Part shown: positions 1-14,769 of the stretch, in pieces | How positions within the stretch are numbered: the first letter of the stretch is position 1 | Layout of the letters: every line of letters begins with the position of its first letter | DNA from: Octopus vulgaris | Lineage: Eukaryota | DNA length: 64,000 nt | Assembly (NCBI GenBank): GCA_951406725.2 | Contig: OX597822.1 | Coordinates: 56,234,001 to 56,298,000, forward strand | Direction of reading: 5' to 3' | Notes under the pieces: generated by a model | Database searches by the model: none | Seen by the model: the letters and a program-made list of their open reading frames with translations, nothing else | Told to the model about the DNA's origin: nothing | Position numbers and translations under genes: made by a program

Positions 1-14
1 CAAAACAGTGAGTT

Positions 15-100
15 TACAACGCAACACCGGTCTGCGAATCGAAACTACGATATTACGATCGTGAGTTCAACATCCTAACTAGCGTGTCACTCGCCTTCGC
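15..100 (-). mobile_element. tRNA-like SINE head fragment
   Basis: Reverse strand ...gttaggatgttgaactcacgatcgtaatatcgtagtttcgattcgcagacc has a degenerate anticodon arm and a B-box (TTCGATTC). Confidence 0.5.
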
Positions 101-278
101 ACGTATACACACACCTACACACACACACATAACAAAGAGAGAATATTGCTTATTGATCTCGAAACATTTCGCTTTTATTGGAATTGTATGTATGTACGTA
201 TGTATGCATCTATGCTTTTCTCTCCTTGTTATTTACTAGCATTCATTATCGAATTAGATCTAAAAAAAAAAAAACGTA

Positions 279-326
<48 letters not shown>

Positions 327-471
327 GCTATTAAATCTTGTAGCGTTCCACTTTCAGATAATTATTTGTCATACAATTCAATTATGTATGTATGTACGTG
401 TGTGTGTATGTATGTATACTTACATACACACACATATACGTACACCTATACACACACACACACACACACAC

Positions 472-535
<64 letters not shown>

Positions 536-784
536 CATATATATATATATATATAATAGAAATATTAAAATAACTAAGTCTCTCTAAAAGAGAACAGCGG
601 CAGCGTTCCCGGAAAATAATAGTTATCGCCATACTAATATGGCATTCTTATAAAAATAAGAAAAAAGCTGTCCGCTTATTAGCTCCATGAGGCCATCGCC
701 TTAAGTTAGCTATTTGATACACAAACTGTATCCATATAACCTTCGAACAGGGGAGGTCAGTCGCTCCACACTACTTGACCGGCA

Positions 785-826
785 GCTACAGACGCGTTTC
801 GGGGTATTGCCCCTTTTCAATGCAGC
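785..826 (-). ncRNA. Minimal type-I hammerhead ribozyme motif, U3-A8 core variant
   Basis: GCUGCA UUGAAAA GGGG-CAAUA-CCCC GAAAC-GC-GUC UGUAGC; palindromic stem III ACGCGU. Confidence 0.75.
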
Positions 827-1293
827 GTAGCCAGCCAGTAGGTGTCGCTTCCGACAATCTCTGTTCGATGGTTTTATTTACCTAGTTTCGGTGGAATACA
901 TCCACTTGTTTTCAATAATAGAAATATTAAAATAACTAAGTCTCTCTAAAAGAGAACAGCGGCAGCGTTCCCGGAAAATAATAGTTATCGCCATACTAAT
1001 ATGGCATTCTTATAAAAATAAGAAAAAAGCTGTCCGCTTATTAGCTCCATGAGGCCATCGCCTTAAGTTAGCTATTTGATACACAAACTGTATCCATATA
1101 ACCTTCGAACAAGGGAGGTCAGTCGCTCCACACTATTATTATTTTCCGGGAACGCTGCCGCTGTTCTCTTTTAGAGAGACTTAGTTATTTTAATATTTCT
1201 ATTATTGAAAACAAGTGGATGTATTCCACCGAAACTAGGTAAATAAAACCATCGAACAGAGATTGTCGGAAGCGACACCTACTGGCTGGCTAC

Positions 1294-1334
1294 GCTGCAT
1301 TGAAAAGGGCAATACCCCGAAACGCGTCTGTAGC
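1294..1334 (+). ncRNA. Minimal type-I hammerhead motif (inverted copy of 785-826)
   Basis: GCUGCA UUGAAAA GGG-CAAUAC-CCC GAAACGCGUC UGUAGC. Confidence 0.72.
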
Positions 1335-1500
1335 TGCCGGTCATGTAGTGTGGAGCGACTGACCTCCCTTGTTCGAAGGTTATATGGATACAGTTTGTGT
1401 ATCAAATAGCTAACTTAAGGCGATGGCCTCATGGAGCTAATAAGCGGACAGCTTTTTTCTTATTTTTATAAGAATGCCATGTTAGTATGGCGATAACTAT

Positions 1501-1582
<82 letters not shown>

Positions 1583-1620
1583 ATGAGGGTGTCTAAAAGA
1601 CACCAACATGCCGAAATACA

Positions 1621-1666
<46 letters not shown>

Positions 1667-2018
1667 TGAGATGATTTGAAAATGCACAGGTCTTTTAAAC
1701 AAGTTTATTGGCTTTACCGGTTTCACTTTTAAAAAAAAAAGATTTTTGAAAGTAAAATGCTAGGCTTTGTGTGTTTACACAGAAGTGTTGAAATTAGGCA
1801 CTAAAATAAGTTCATAACTGTTTATAAATTCTTCAGAAACCATAATTGTTTAGATAAATGACCAACTTTTTATCTTCATCTCCAGTCTTGTATATATACA
1901 AGCCTAGAGAAAGCCTTGCAATTTACGTTTGAAAATCTTTTTTTTTTTTTAAATAAAGAGAAACCCGTCAAGTCAATAAGTATCTCTGAAAGACCTCTGC
2001 ATTTTCAAATCCTCTTCC

Positions 2019-2085
<67 letters not shown>

Positions 2086-2148
2086 CATGTATGTTTGTAT
2101 GTGTATGTATATATATGCATGCAAGTATGTATATATATATATATATAA

Positions 2149-2188
<40 letters not shown>

Positions 2189-2399
2189 ATATGCATACAT
2201 ACATACATACATACAGACATAATTGAATTGTATGGTGAATAATTATAAGAAAGTGGAACGCTACAAGACTTAATACCAGATATATATCTATTACCAGATT
2301 ACATTGTTGTTGTTTTTTTAATGTAATTCTATAAACAATGCTAGTAAATAACAAGAGAAAAGCATAGATGCATACATACATATATCCATCCATCCATAC

Positions 2400-2430
<31 letters not shown>

Positions 2431-2462
2431 CACACATACATACACACACACACATACATACA

Positions 2463-2493
<31 letters not shown>

Positions 2494-2872
2494 CTAGGCC
2501 GTTGTTTAAATTCCAATAAAAGTGTCATGTTTCTTGGTGAATAAGCAATATCCCCTCCATTAGTGAGAAACTATACAAATAATAATACTTGAACACATAC
2601 ATAAATATCAATAAAAATATATACACGTTTTGTCTATATACATACAAAACCTGTTGTTTCATTGGTGGTGCGATTTCTTTTCTTCGGGATTTTCCATCTC
2701 CTTGAGAAGCCGGTATAAACAAGCTGCAGACCCTAGTCTACCCTATGAGTCAGAGTCTGCTGATAGTACAGCCTTGTTAAGGAGACCCTCAGCAATCAAA
2801 AACCTGGTTTTATATCAGTTTCCCTCTCCACGGTTAAGGAGCCCCACTTGCACCCCCGCTAGTATATGAAAT

Positions 2873-3015
<143 letters not shown>

Positions 3016-3064
3016 TATATAATTTATATATATGTATATATGTGTATGTATTTATGTGTGTATT

Positions 3065-3111
<47 letters not shown>

Positions 3112-3229
3112 CTGTGTAATCGACAAAATTAAAATCAAACACAGCGCATGCGTGAAATTAGAAATTATAGAATGGCGACAAATTACACATCGCCGCCTGT
3201 ATGTTAATGTGTGTATGTATTTATATGCA

Positions 3230-3315
<86 letters not shown>

Positions 3316-5809
3316 TGTGTGTGTGAGTGTGTGTGTATATATATATATATATAAATGTATAGAATTTAAGCATATGAAGATATATAAAGCAACGTATACA
3401 TCTGTACGCACATTTTGATGGATGACCGTTGACTACTCACGAGTTCCTCCGCCCTTTGACAGCTTTTGGTTTTTATCACGCAGGATGTCTAACGAACACC
3501 CTCCAGTTTAGGTCGTACTGGATTACACTGTAAACGTTTTCATTTTTCATTTCCTTTGATATTTTATCCCTAATAGTGGTTCGGAATTTAACTGTCCTCT
3601 CTAGTGTGCAGGTAGTCCTATGATGCCTACCTCTTATGTGTTTAAATGTACACTGTATTTATATGAATAATATATAGTCTATTGACTACATTTTTACACG
3701 CTAGGCCACTGGTAATGGAAATTTCTAATATTTCAGATTACCCTTTAATATTATTGATTATTGATAATTTTTTGGATAATTTCCGAAATGAAAAAGCCGG
3801 CATAATTATATACTGCCGACAAGGAGCTGTGCTTGCGCGGTAGATTTGAAAAATTAGAATGTATAAGCACGGGGCATATACTGGATTGCCTCGTGTATAT
3901 ATATTTAATTTAAGGTGTACCTGCTGAAGAAGGCGTCACCTAGCAAATTATTTACGTAATGATACATAAACCTCAAGGGGCGCTTACGCAGCCCTATTCA
4001 TTTTTTAAATGAAGGCATAGGGCTTGTAGGACGTCTCTTGCCACGAAGATTTGTGGGATATGGTTTGTTTCATTCGCAAAATGAGCCCCCTTTAATTTTG
4101 TTCAGATTGCTTTCAACTTTGGTGTCGATGCAACTCTGAATTTTGATAACGATCAACCAATTACTTTATCTCGTAAATTAAAGAATCTGATGTTATTTGG
4201 AATTAAAGTTGGGAAATTTGGGTAATTTTCGCCAATCAACAGACAGCGAGGCATTAACAGCTTGTTACCATGACAACCGCACGTTGTGTTGTGTATCACT
4301 TCACCCTCATGTTGTGTTGATTCTTCACACCACGAGATTAACTTCACCCGCGTATTTTGTTTTAATAAAAATTTATATTTATCAATTAGAATTTAATTAT
4401 AAATAATTTTCTTCAAATGTCTTAATATTTTACATATTTTTCATATATGGTAAAAGTTGTTTGCGATGATTATACAGTTGCTTGGCGTTAAATTTAAGTT
4501 GGGACATTGTTAGGGTCGCTAAATCGTACTTAAACAGCAGATACGGCTGCAGAGTTTGCTACATGGAGCTATTTGAAATTTTAAGGAGATTTAATAGTAA
4601 AAATCTACTAAATAATCAGCTGATCCTTCGTCTTTCCTGTATACATAGGGCTACTCGCACGTTCAAATACTTTAAGGAGATTTAACAACTTCTATAATAG
4701 CCCTTAACCTAGGTCCAATCCTATTTACTCACCCTTTTGCTGACCATTTAGCTTATCGATCTAGTTATTCGTTTCTGAGCCCTCCTAGTCTCTTTTTCCT
4801 TTTATCAATAAATTTAACCGCTCTTAATATACTTGCTTGGTATGCTATATTAAAGGAACTGACCGTTCTATCTGTGGTATATCCGGTATTATATAATAGT
4901 AATGACAGTGATAGTTAACTTATGGTAACAGCCTGCACACCGTAGACAGTTCGTTTCAATTCCTTCTACATGTGTAGTCCTTACACCAACATACAGCTTT
5001 TGAGCAGTGCTTGGTATGTAGTAGAGAGAACACACTATTCTAACCTCTATCCAATTTCGATATTTCGCCACCAGTTAAAATGTTTTTAGTTAATCATAAG
5101 ACTACTCCCTACCGCCGATCTACTCTTTCCTCTAACTCCATACTAGATGTAGTTCATTATATAACCCTATCCTGCTTTAAATTTTAAACTCCATAAAGTT
5201 TAATCCTATTATTTGACGGCCTTCATAATTCCCCACCCCTATTTTCAACGAACATCCATTGAATACCTCTAAATTTCGCTGTTTATCTATCCCCCTCCTC
5301 TGGCCATTTACCATTAGCTACAGAATCTTATACCCCGACCCAATGCATGATCGGCTCGTATGCTTTTATTTTCATTTCATTCATTTTATTTTTATTCTTT
5401 CCTCCACCCTTACGTCCGATTTAGCTACATTCCTTTCTCTCATCCTTAAACGTTTTATGACCCCTCATTATTTACTACACACCATAGCCTACTATTAGAA
5501 ATTATCTCCTACAACCCATCAAAGTCTACTCTTGATCTAGTCCAGCTGATCCATCACTCGGGTCCTTGACCTTACATATCAAATTACTGCATTCTTAACG
5601 GCCAAAATAGTAGGTCTTTCTTCCATTCACGGTTGGACTCGACAGACAGATCCCTGGTATATTCTTGGATATTCTTGGGTTTTGTAAAATCACTTCTCGT
5701 CTGATTATTACGGTCCTTTATAATGATGTGATGGTCTCATTCTTCTGTTAAATGTTAAGTAAGAAACAGCCCTAATGAGCTGACAATTATCACCGTATGT
5801 TATTATTTA

Positions 5810-7629
<1,820 letters not shown>

Positions 7630-8024
7630 CCCTATATATATATGTATGTGTGTATATGTGTATATATATGTGTGTATATATATATATATATATGTTTATA
7701 TATGTATGTGTGTGTGTGTGGATGTATCTATTATGCATATGTGGGAAGCTGTCCGTGCATTTGTCTGTGAATTTATTTACAATCTGTACGCTTTACATAA
7801 AAAATGTCTAAGTTACAAGAGATGAAGTTTGTTGATATTTCATTGACAACAGTCGGTCATTGTCTCTGCCCTTTTTGGAACAAAAGAATACCAATCTGAA
7901 AACTGATAAAGTTTAGTGACAGAAACGCTATTTGACTGTAAAAGAATGCCTCAATATTGTACATTCGTCAAACCCATGCTAGGATGCAAAACAGACGTAA
8001 AACGAATGAATATTCTTACGAAGC

Positions 8025-8071
<47 letters not shown>

Positions 8072-8930
8072 GTATTTATGTATTTATATGTATGTATATA
8101 TAAATATGCATATATATCTGTTTTATGTAGGTATGCTTAAATAAAAGAAAGCAGGAGAGAGAGTGGGAGAGGGAGGGGGGAAGAGAGCATGTTTGTGTTT
8201 GACGCTTTCCGTTTGTCACCTTGAATACGGTTGCTTACGACTCAGTAAGACGACAGTTCGGCAAGAAAAGACAGACTAAGTAGCAAACTTCACCTAACTT
8301 TACTAAACGATTAAGAGATGAAAGTTTGGGGTTGAAGAGATTCGAAAACATCGACCTCATTGCTCCACTGGTACTCGATTTATCGACATCGAAAGTATGA
8401 AAGGCAAAATCGACCTCGGCGTTATTTGAGTTCATCGCGTAAAGAGTCAGATGAAATGACGCTAAGTATTTTGTCATGAGGAGCAAACGATTCTACCACC
8501 TCGCCGTTGTAACCAATAAGTAAATAAGTGACTTTCAACGGAATGCACCAGTATTGTCAGTCACATAAAAGAATAAACGATATGTGTGAGTGTGTTGTGT
8601 GGTTACGTGTTTGTAAGCGTGGGAAGGTCTAATATTTAATGATTACGTAATTGATTTGACCTACATACTGTAAATGGTAATATATACATGTTGTTTTGCT
8701 TTATTCTGAAAGAAATCTCACGATATGTCAATCAGTTTCTACAAAGGTGTTTTTATAGGTGTTTACCTACGTGTGTATTTTATTATTTTGTATTTTCTCA
8801 TAGATTGAGAATGCTCTCATTGAAATTTTAACAATTAGAGCTTGATATTCATGTATGCGTATATGTTTATTTTCTTTCAGATAAATGTTCTTTATTCTTC
8901 GTAAAATCGAGTCGGTGACTAATACTAATA

Positions 8931-8961
<31 letters not shown>

Positions 8962-9654
8962 TGTATGTATGTATGTATGTATGTATGTATGTATGTATGT
9001 ATGTATGTATCTAACCCAGTAGAAATGTACTGCATAGTCGGGTTGCCCATAGCCACCAAGTCTACGTGGAGAGTAAACTAGTTTTTGTACACCCTGTGAG
9101 ATGAATAACTAGACCCGTCAAAGGGCGGATGAAGCCAGGGGGCATCAAAATCCATCCAATCAATACCATAGCGACCAGGTGACTCCTACATGTCACAAAA
9201 TCTTTCTGAGAACGAAACGTGCTATTGTAAAACCTGCAGTTTCACACCTTAACTGGTCATCTCATTTCGTCATTTTTCATTTCATCTAGCCAAAGTTCGA
9301 TGGGGATGAAAGTGTTGCGATAGAAGTGAAATTATCCAGTTGGAAACGTACTGCTATGGAGATCTCCAGCGGGACCACATAGTCATCTAAGATATGGAAG
9401 GAAAGTAAGTAATGGTATTGACAACGGGGAATCAAAATGAAACGTCAACTCTACTTGAAGAGGGAGTAATCACCATGTGTATATGTGTGTATTTATGTAT
9501 ACTCTTTACCCTTTAGTCGAAGAAATTGATCTCAGGACTTATTCTTTGCAAGCTTAGTACTTATTCTATCTAGGTTTCGGAGACATAAACACACCAAAAT
9601 TTGTTGCCAAGCGACGGTGGGGGAACAAACACAGACACATAAATACACACACAC

Positions 9655-9702
<48 letters not shown>

Positions 9703-9719
9703 CGCACAAACGTGTGGAG

Positions 9720-10063
9720 TGAAGTGAAAGTATTTGAAGAGGCCAGGTATAAAATTCAAAAGGGATCTTAGGAAGACTCTAACGATCGAGAAGGTGAATG
9801 ACTGTCTTTTGCTGGCTTCAAATCTCATCTGCGAAAGCATGGAAAACGAACTTCCAGCCAACTATTCTGCCTATATGTCTGTGCACACCTTTGAATACAG
9901 TGTATGCGAGAAAGTTTGCAAATCCAACGGAGGCCTCAAAAGACATTTTAAAATCCACAAAGAGCAGAACTTATCTCCAGCTCTTGGTGGCCCAAATCGG
10001 AGGTACAATGTATATGGGTGTCTTTTCAGAACATTGTCTGGTTTAAAAAGCCACATCAGATGA
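9720..10063 (+). mobile_element. Degenerate RTE-like LINE C-terminus with decayed C2H2-type fingers
   Basis: RPGIKFKRDLRKTL then .[19 protein letters not shown] and ..GCLFRTLSGLKSHIR; the first Cys of each finger is mutated. Confidence 0.5.
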
Positions 10064-11577
10064 CATGACGGTAATAAAATGTAGATATAGCAGGTGGTCA
10101 AACTCTGTGCATAAAGAGTAGATAACTACTATGTATGTACGTATGTATGTATGTATGTATGTATGTATGTATGTATGTATGTATGTATGTATGTATGTAT
10201 GCATTATGGTGTATGTAAATATGTATGTATGCATGATGTATGTATTTATTTGTGTATGTATGGATGAACGATGTATGTATGTGTGCGTGCATGTGTATCA
10301 GTGTGTGTGTTCTGCCTGTGTGTTTTTTCTGTCCGTATATATGCGTGCCTCTTTGTTCCTGTGCGCGCATATATATTTATGTGTGTGTGTGTGTGCGTGT
10401 GTCCCTGCAGATGTGTGTGTATGCTGATGTGAATGCCTTGTGTATATATGTGTATCTGTATGTGTATATATGTGCATCTGTCTGTGCATATATGTGCATG
10501 TAATGTGAGCTTACGTATGCTTGAGTGCGTGCGTATATGTTGGGTGTGTGTATGGTCGTATGTTTTTGTGTGTTTGTGTGTGTTGTGTGTGTGTGTGTGT
10601 GTTCTTATGTGTGCATGTATGTACATGCCGGCACGTATTATCTATTTGCCTACCTATTGAACCTGTGCATGTATTATTATTATTAATATTAACGCAATGA
10701 CTCCCCCTAGACACAAACAAACAGCATCACTGCATATTCCGCAAATACCGACGAAGTAAACCTGACCACGGAAAAGTGAGCAGCATAAATATTGGTAATG
10801 CTGGTTAATCGATAAAACAACTGAAGGACTCAACGTCGATTGCGACGCAGATCCATTTGCGAAGTCATTCAGCAGTAACAGCTGCAACGGCAGCGATAGC
10901 AACACAACAGCTGTACCGTGAGCATATCCGAAGGTAACAGCAGAAACGGGAACGATAGAAGTAGCAACAACAACAATTGTAGCAGCACCAACAACGCGTC
11001 CGACAGTAACAACAGAACCAGCAGCAATAGTGACAGCAACATCACCTGTAATGTAAGGACACATTCACGGAAATATGTTGGAGCAACGGAGGATCTCTTT
11101 TAGCGGGGACTAATAACAACAGGTTCTCTTTTAAGAACGGAGAGAGGTGCAGAGTTACCTCTTTGGTAAACTACCAGTGATAGGAAGTGCGTAATTCTTG
11201 CATGAATTAAACGGAAGCTCCCGGAACAAAACTCGACCATACCTGAACGGGAGCAAACGATAGAAACTTTGCTTGCCCAGGGATCTTCTTAAATTCGGTG
11301 CAGGAAATTTATGTTGGAGACATCAAATTCCTCACCTACTGGCAAGGGAATGGAAATAGTATATAATCTGCCCCTTTTCGGACACAACTAGAATCAGTTA
11401 CAGGGAGATAACACCACGTTCATTAGAAGGGATTTAGCTTCGAAAAATTTCGTTTCTGAAAATTTTTTCACAACGCTAGCTAATCGAGGTTGTATTCCTT
11501 CTTGCGTTAGTAGTGAGATTATGTGCCTCCGGCCAGCAGATTTGCATGTACATATACATATATATGTGTGTGTGAGT

Positions 11578-11626
<49 letters not shown>

Positions 11627-11640
11627 CACACGCATTCATA

Positions 11641-11682
<42 letters not shown>

Positions 11683-11849
11683 GTGTGTGTGTGTCTGTAT
11701 GTAATATAATATGATAATATGTAAATGTATTTGGTTTAATACATACAAAATACAAAGTATAGCAAAATCATTTTATTAATCACATAAAACTGGCTTTAAT
11801 TTTTAATTGAGTGATGTAATTAACTGACGTAACATTAAATCAAAAACAT

Positions 11850-11938
11850 TCAAAACAAAATCAAAGAGAGGAGAATGGGTGTGAAAAAGGTCATTAGTCT
11901 TCCCTGGAAAGTCCAAATATTCCTTGATCCACTTGGTA
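11850..11938 (-). CDS. Paralogue A, terminal coding exon (GPI-signal-like tail)
   Basis: Acceptor tttttcag, phase matches the previous exon. Encodes (V)PSGSRNIWTFQGRLMTFFTPILLSLILF*. A homologous exon is present at 42434-42537. Spliced CDS is 1752 nt (583 aa). Confidence 0.8.
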
Positions 11939-12023
11939 CTGAAAAATACAATGAAATAAAATATTCACCATTAATTTTGTTGATTTGTATCATATTGAAA
12001 TTACAAGTAATAATTATCGTATG

Positions 12024-12219
12024 TACGTTGCTTTTTGGTGTACGAAAATACAGGAGGATCAATTATGATTTTAGTCAACATATTCCCCTCTCAGATTCAC
12101 ACACTTTCTCCAGTGGCCCTTCAGTTTTTTAAACTCTTTAAAAGAACTCGGAAGGTTTGGCCTCCAACAAGGCCTTTCGAGACACCTTTAAAGCCAGGAA
12201 CTTTCAGTACCCCCTCGTA
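12024..12219. mobile_element. Tc1/mariner-type MITE remnant (related left end at 42251-42393)
   Basis: Right end aaagccaggaactttcagtaccccctcgTA matches the left end TAcgagggtgtgctgaagagtt at 42251. The insert is absent from the paralogous intron near 42615. Confidence 0.65.
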
Positions 12220-13480
12220 GATGAAATATATGATATCTGTGTACATGATCAATAGAACGGACTTCAGTGTCTCCCCCACCCAAGCCTATCAAATCATTAT
12301 TAAATAATATTCCCCCTCCCAAATACTCTATATAAGGGAAAAAGATGATATAAATACCTCTAGAATGCCCAGATGCTATACATAAAATGAAACCAATAAA
12401 AGGTTAGATTGTAATACTATTTCGTGTACCTATTATTATTGAAAATGTTGATTATTAGCTCGTTTCGATTTACTGATGGCTCCAATAATGAATATGAAAT
12501 TAATATCATTCACACACGGTAGTGTATTAATAATATTCTTAAGGTCAACATTTACTCACTTGCGACCACTTCTAAGCTTCGTCACTAACTCCATTCTCAA
12601 CCAAATTAGATGATGTTTACATTTTTAGATATTAAGAGTAGCAGAATTTAGATTATTAATTCTTGCGGTAAATTGTCAAGGCTTTTGCTTTCAGATACTA
12701 TGACTGGATTTTCAGAGTAGCACGATTCAAATTTTCTATACAAGAACTGTAGCTGAATTGATGGCTTTGTTTTTATTTTGCATCAATTTCGACTCACGAA
12801 CTAACATTGTCCTAACAAGGTAGCACCTACTGCCTTACAGTGAATGCAATGGCTATTTTTGCATTTTTAAAAATTTTATATTAGCTATGGCTTTACTATT
12901 CATATGATCATATTCTCTTCTTGCCATATAGTTGATATATTTTCATACCTCTTCTTGCTAGCTCTTCTTACTATATATGAATATAGCACATTTATTTCTT
13001 GATTACTTAATAAAATTATTATTACATTAAATATTCACTATTATATAGAAAATTATTTTTTATAATGAATTTTTGCACTTCCTCTCTTGGCGCGTTCGTT
13101 TTATGCACTTTGTTTCTATATAAAACTTTTATATACAGTGAAGATATAAGATCTAATATTTTTTACAATTATAATTACATTTTTCATTCATAAAATTTTT
13201 ATTTTAATTCAATCATCAATAATGAAATATAATTCAAAAAATTATTACAAACGAATATTTATTAGTTTTATTGCATTCCCTGGCAAAAAAATGATTACAA
13301 TGAAAAATGTAGGCGCATGCATATTAATACTCTTAAGTGATTACACCTGAAAAGTACAGAACAATATTTCTACAGTAGAATTTGCCAAATTCTTCGTCTC
13401 TGAAGGAAAGTAAAAAGTACTTAAAATGAATATGACGGTATGTCAACAGAAACTGATAGAGGGATTAATAAAAAAATTAC

Positions 13481-13665
13481 CTGGACAAGTACGTTTCTTT
13501 AATCGAAGGAAAAGATCTGACCAAAAGTCGCATGAATTGTACGTAGAAATCTCTCTGGTCTTCATGTTTGGTTTCTTGTCAATCACAAGATATTTCTGGT
13601 TTTCGAGTGTGAACTTTGGCCATGGATCATTGGAGCAATCAGAACAATCTCCATTATTAGGATTA
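13481..13665 (-). CDS. Paralogue A, second coding exon (185 nt)
   Basis: Acceptor ttttctctag, donor ccag|gtaa. Translates in frame as (G)NPNNGDCSDCSNDPWPKFTLENQKYLVIDKKPNMKTREISTYNSCDFWSDLFLRLKKRTCP, the cholinesterase GNPN...WP...CxFW segment. Confidence 0.9.
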
Positions 13666-14084
13666 CTAGAGAAAAGAAAAAAAGTAGCATTTCAGGCAAT
13701 GAATATAGATGTATTGCTAGAATATACCGTCAGACAAGATTTCGTGCAGTAAATCACTAGGGGCCTTTATATTAATTGCCTGCCATTCTCTCTGGATCGA
13801 CAAAGTACCATTTTAACGACAGGATTTCATAGTACGATTTAACTGCTAATTACACTGCTACAGGGGTTGGATAGCTGGTCACTGGGGAGAATTGGAGAAA
13901 TTTGTTGTTCTAGATGTAGTTGAAGTGGGAATTTTGCTGCTTTAAGTTGTCCACCCTCTAGTTTTACTCCTGGAAATCATTCGCAAAAAATTGTTAACCA
14001 AGAAGAGCTGCAGGGAAAAAAATAAGTGTCAGTGTGTGTCTCAATACATTTACTTTTTCAAATGAAAGTATTATTATTATCTAT

Positions 14085-14400
14085 GAAGAGCTAGCCCGTA
14101 GATTCAGGAGAGCTGCTCTGAAGTAGACCAAATTCAACATTAAGATTGTTAAAAAGCCAGGGAACTCCGTCATATCACAGCTATGTAGGACGTACCCCTT
14201 TGAGAATCCCATATGTACCAATGGTAACTGCATGGTACGTGGGATTAGCCCTGACATTAACTGTAGAACTAGAAATGTTGTTTACAGCATGATACACAGA
14301 AGGTACATGTACAGACATGGACATGGCATACATAGGGGAGACATCTAGAAGCATTGGGTCAACTTGACATCTGCATCGTATGCAAGCACCCAAAGGACCC
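14085..14400 (+). mobile_element. Penelope family C GIY-YIG remnant
   Basis: Nucleotide similarity to 7000-7320 (ELARRFRRAAL...KIVKKPGN...NVVYS...YIGETSRSIG) with stop codons. Confidence 0.6.
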
Positions 14401-14769
14401 AACACTCATACAAATACAGGAGTACGCCCTCATAAATGAAACCAATACTAAATAGGAAATATATGTTGTAGATATCATACCCCCCATACCCACAGTTTAT
14501 ACAGGTAGAGTAGAATACTTATTGGGTTGTTATGTAGATAGATGTATGTATGTGTGTGTGTGTGGGTGTATGTCTACATGTATATGTGTATATGTATATG
14601 CCCATGTATGTAAGGATATAGATATGAAAGTAAACAGGCAGACATACAGACGGCTAGGTACATAGATTATATGAACAGACATAGGTTATATGAACAGGCA
14701 TAGGTTATATGAACAGACTCTTCCAAGATCATCTAACTGATGAGTAGCTGATCTTTACAACCATAGGAT

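Larger units (their letters stand above)
554..1504. mobile_element. Non-coding retrozyme-like element (362-bp unit; direct plus inverted copies) in (TA)n
   Basis: Unit repeats at 554 and 916. 1135-1504 is one inverted, circularly permuted unit. Hammerheads at 785-826 (-) and 1294-1334 (+). Confidence 0.8.

Noticed and set aside
554-1135. CRISPR-like or satellite array
   Set aside because: Eukaryotic context, a long unit without spacers and fewer than two copies per arm.
9734-10063. Possible host C2H2 zinc-finger gene
   Set aside because: Key cysteines are mutated, there are no TGEKP linkers or splice context, and the preceding residues resemble an RTE C-terminus.
10654-11450. Thr/Ala/Ser-rich ORFs in a unique-looking block
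   Set aside because: Low-complexity CAG/CAA sequence with stops and no recognisable domain; it cannot be assigned.
14737-14760. CTGATGA core words here and at about 26451
   Set aside because: No adjacent stem II-GAAA-stem III could be built.
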